A model generated the notes under the pieces. It was not told the origin of the DNA, ran no database searches, and saw only the letters and a program-made list of their open reading frames with translations. A DNA stretch of 63,516 nt, counting the filler, from Octopus bimaculoides (taxonomy: Eukaryota), in the NCBI RefSeq assembly GCF_001194135.2. It is 7 parts of 7 records of this genome, joined end to end, with 100 filler letters (N's around TTAATTAATTAA, not from the genome) between each part and the next. Parts side by side here need not be neighbours in the genome. Positions count along the whole stretch, not along the records: positions 61,590 to 63,516 come from NC_069009.1; 6 more parts are not named here. One strand, given 5' to 3'. The stretch's first letter is position 1. Every line of letters begins with the position of its first letter. This document shows, in pieces, positions 63,461 through 63,516 of this stretch. The position numbers and the translations under genes are program-made.

Positions 63461-63516
<56 letters not shown>

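Noticed and set aside
1-63516. CRISPR arrays, rRNA, prokaryotic operons
   Set aside because: No repeat-spacer arrays or conserved rRNA segments seen; the sequence is eukaryotic repeat-rich DNA.

Overview
AT-rich, gap-ridden eukaryotic DNA made almost entirely of simple repeats and transposon debris. The SINE, mariner and CR1 families resemble those of Octopus, so a cephalopod source is likely (inference). I found no host protein-coding gene, rRNA or true tRNA gene; most ORFs in the track are microsatellite or N-gap artefacts. Recognisable elements: a decayed Penelope-like element (PLE; RT with YRDD plus GIY-YIG), a mariner transposase relic, a hAT (DUF4371/ZMYM1-like) relic, a Helitron Rep fragment, two head-to-tail Tx1/L1-clade LINEs, CR1, R4/Dong-like, HERO-like and RTE-like fragments, a Tigger fragment, three copies of a ~220-bp mariner MITE, and many copies of 4-5 SINE families. 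The signal least explained by standard annotation is a set of minimal hammerhead-ribozyme-like motifs from several unrelated sequence families (1759, 11136/11361, 15018, 15279, 37285, 38291, 46175). Some occur in tandem ~225-bp monomers and some in fold-back inverted repeats, as expected for PLE-derived or retrozyme-like elements. Other items worth checking: a CR1 3' tail shared with the commonest SINE, a CpG-rich 135-bp insert inside an old SINE, an 81-bp hairpin with a 4-bp TSD, and a 1.7-kb decayed coding-like stretch of unknown origin. All alignments and folds were done by eye, and element boundaries are approximate.
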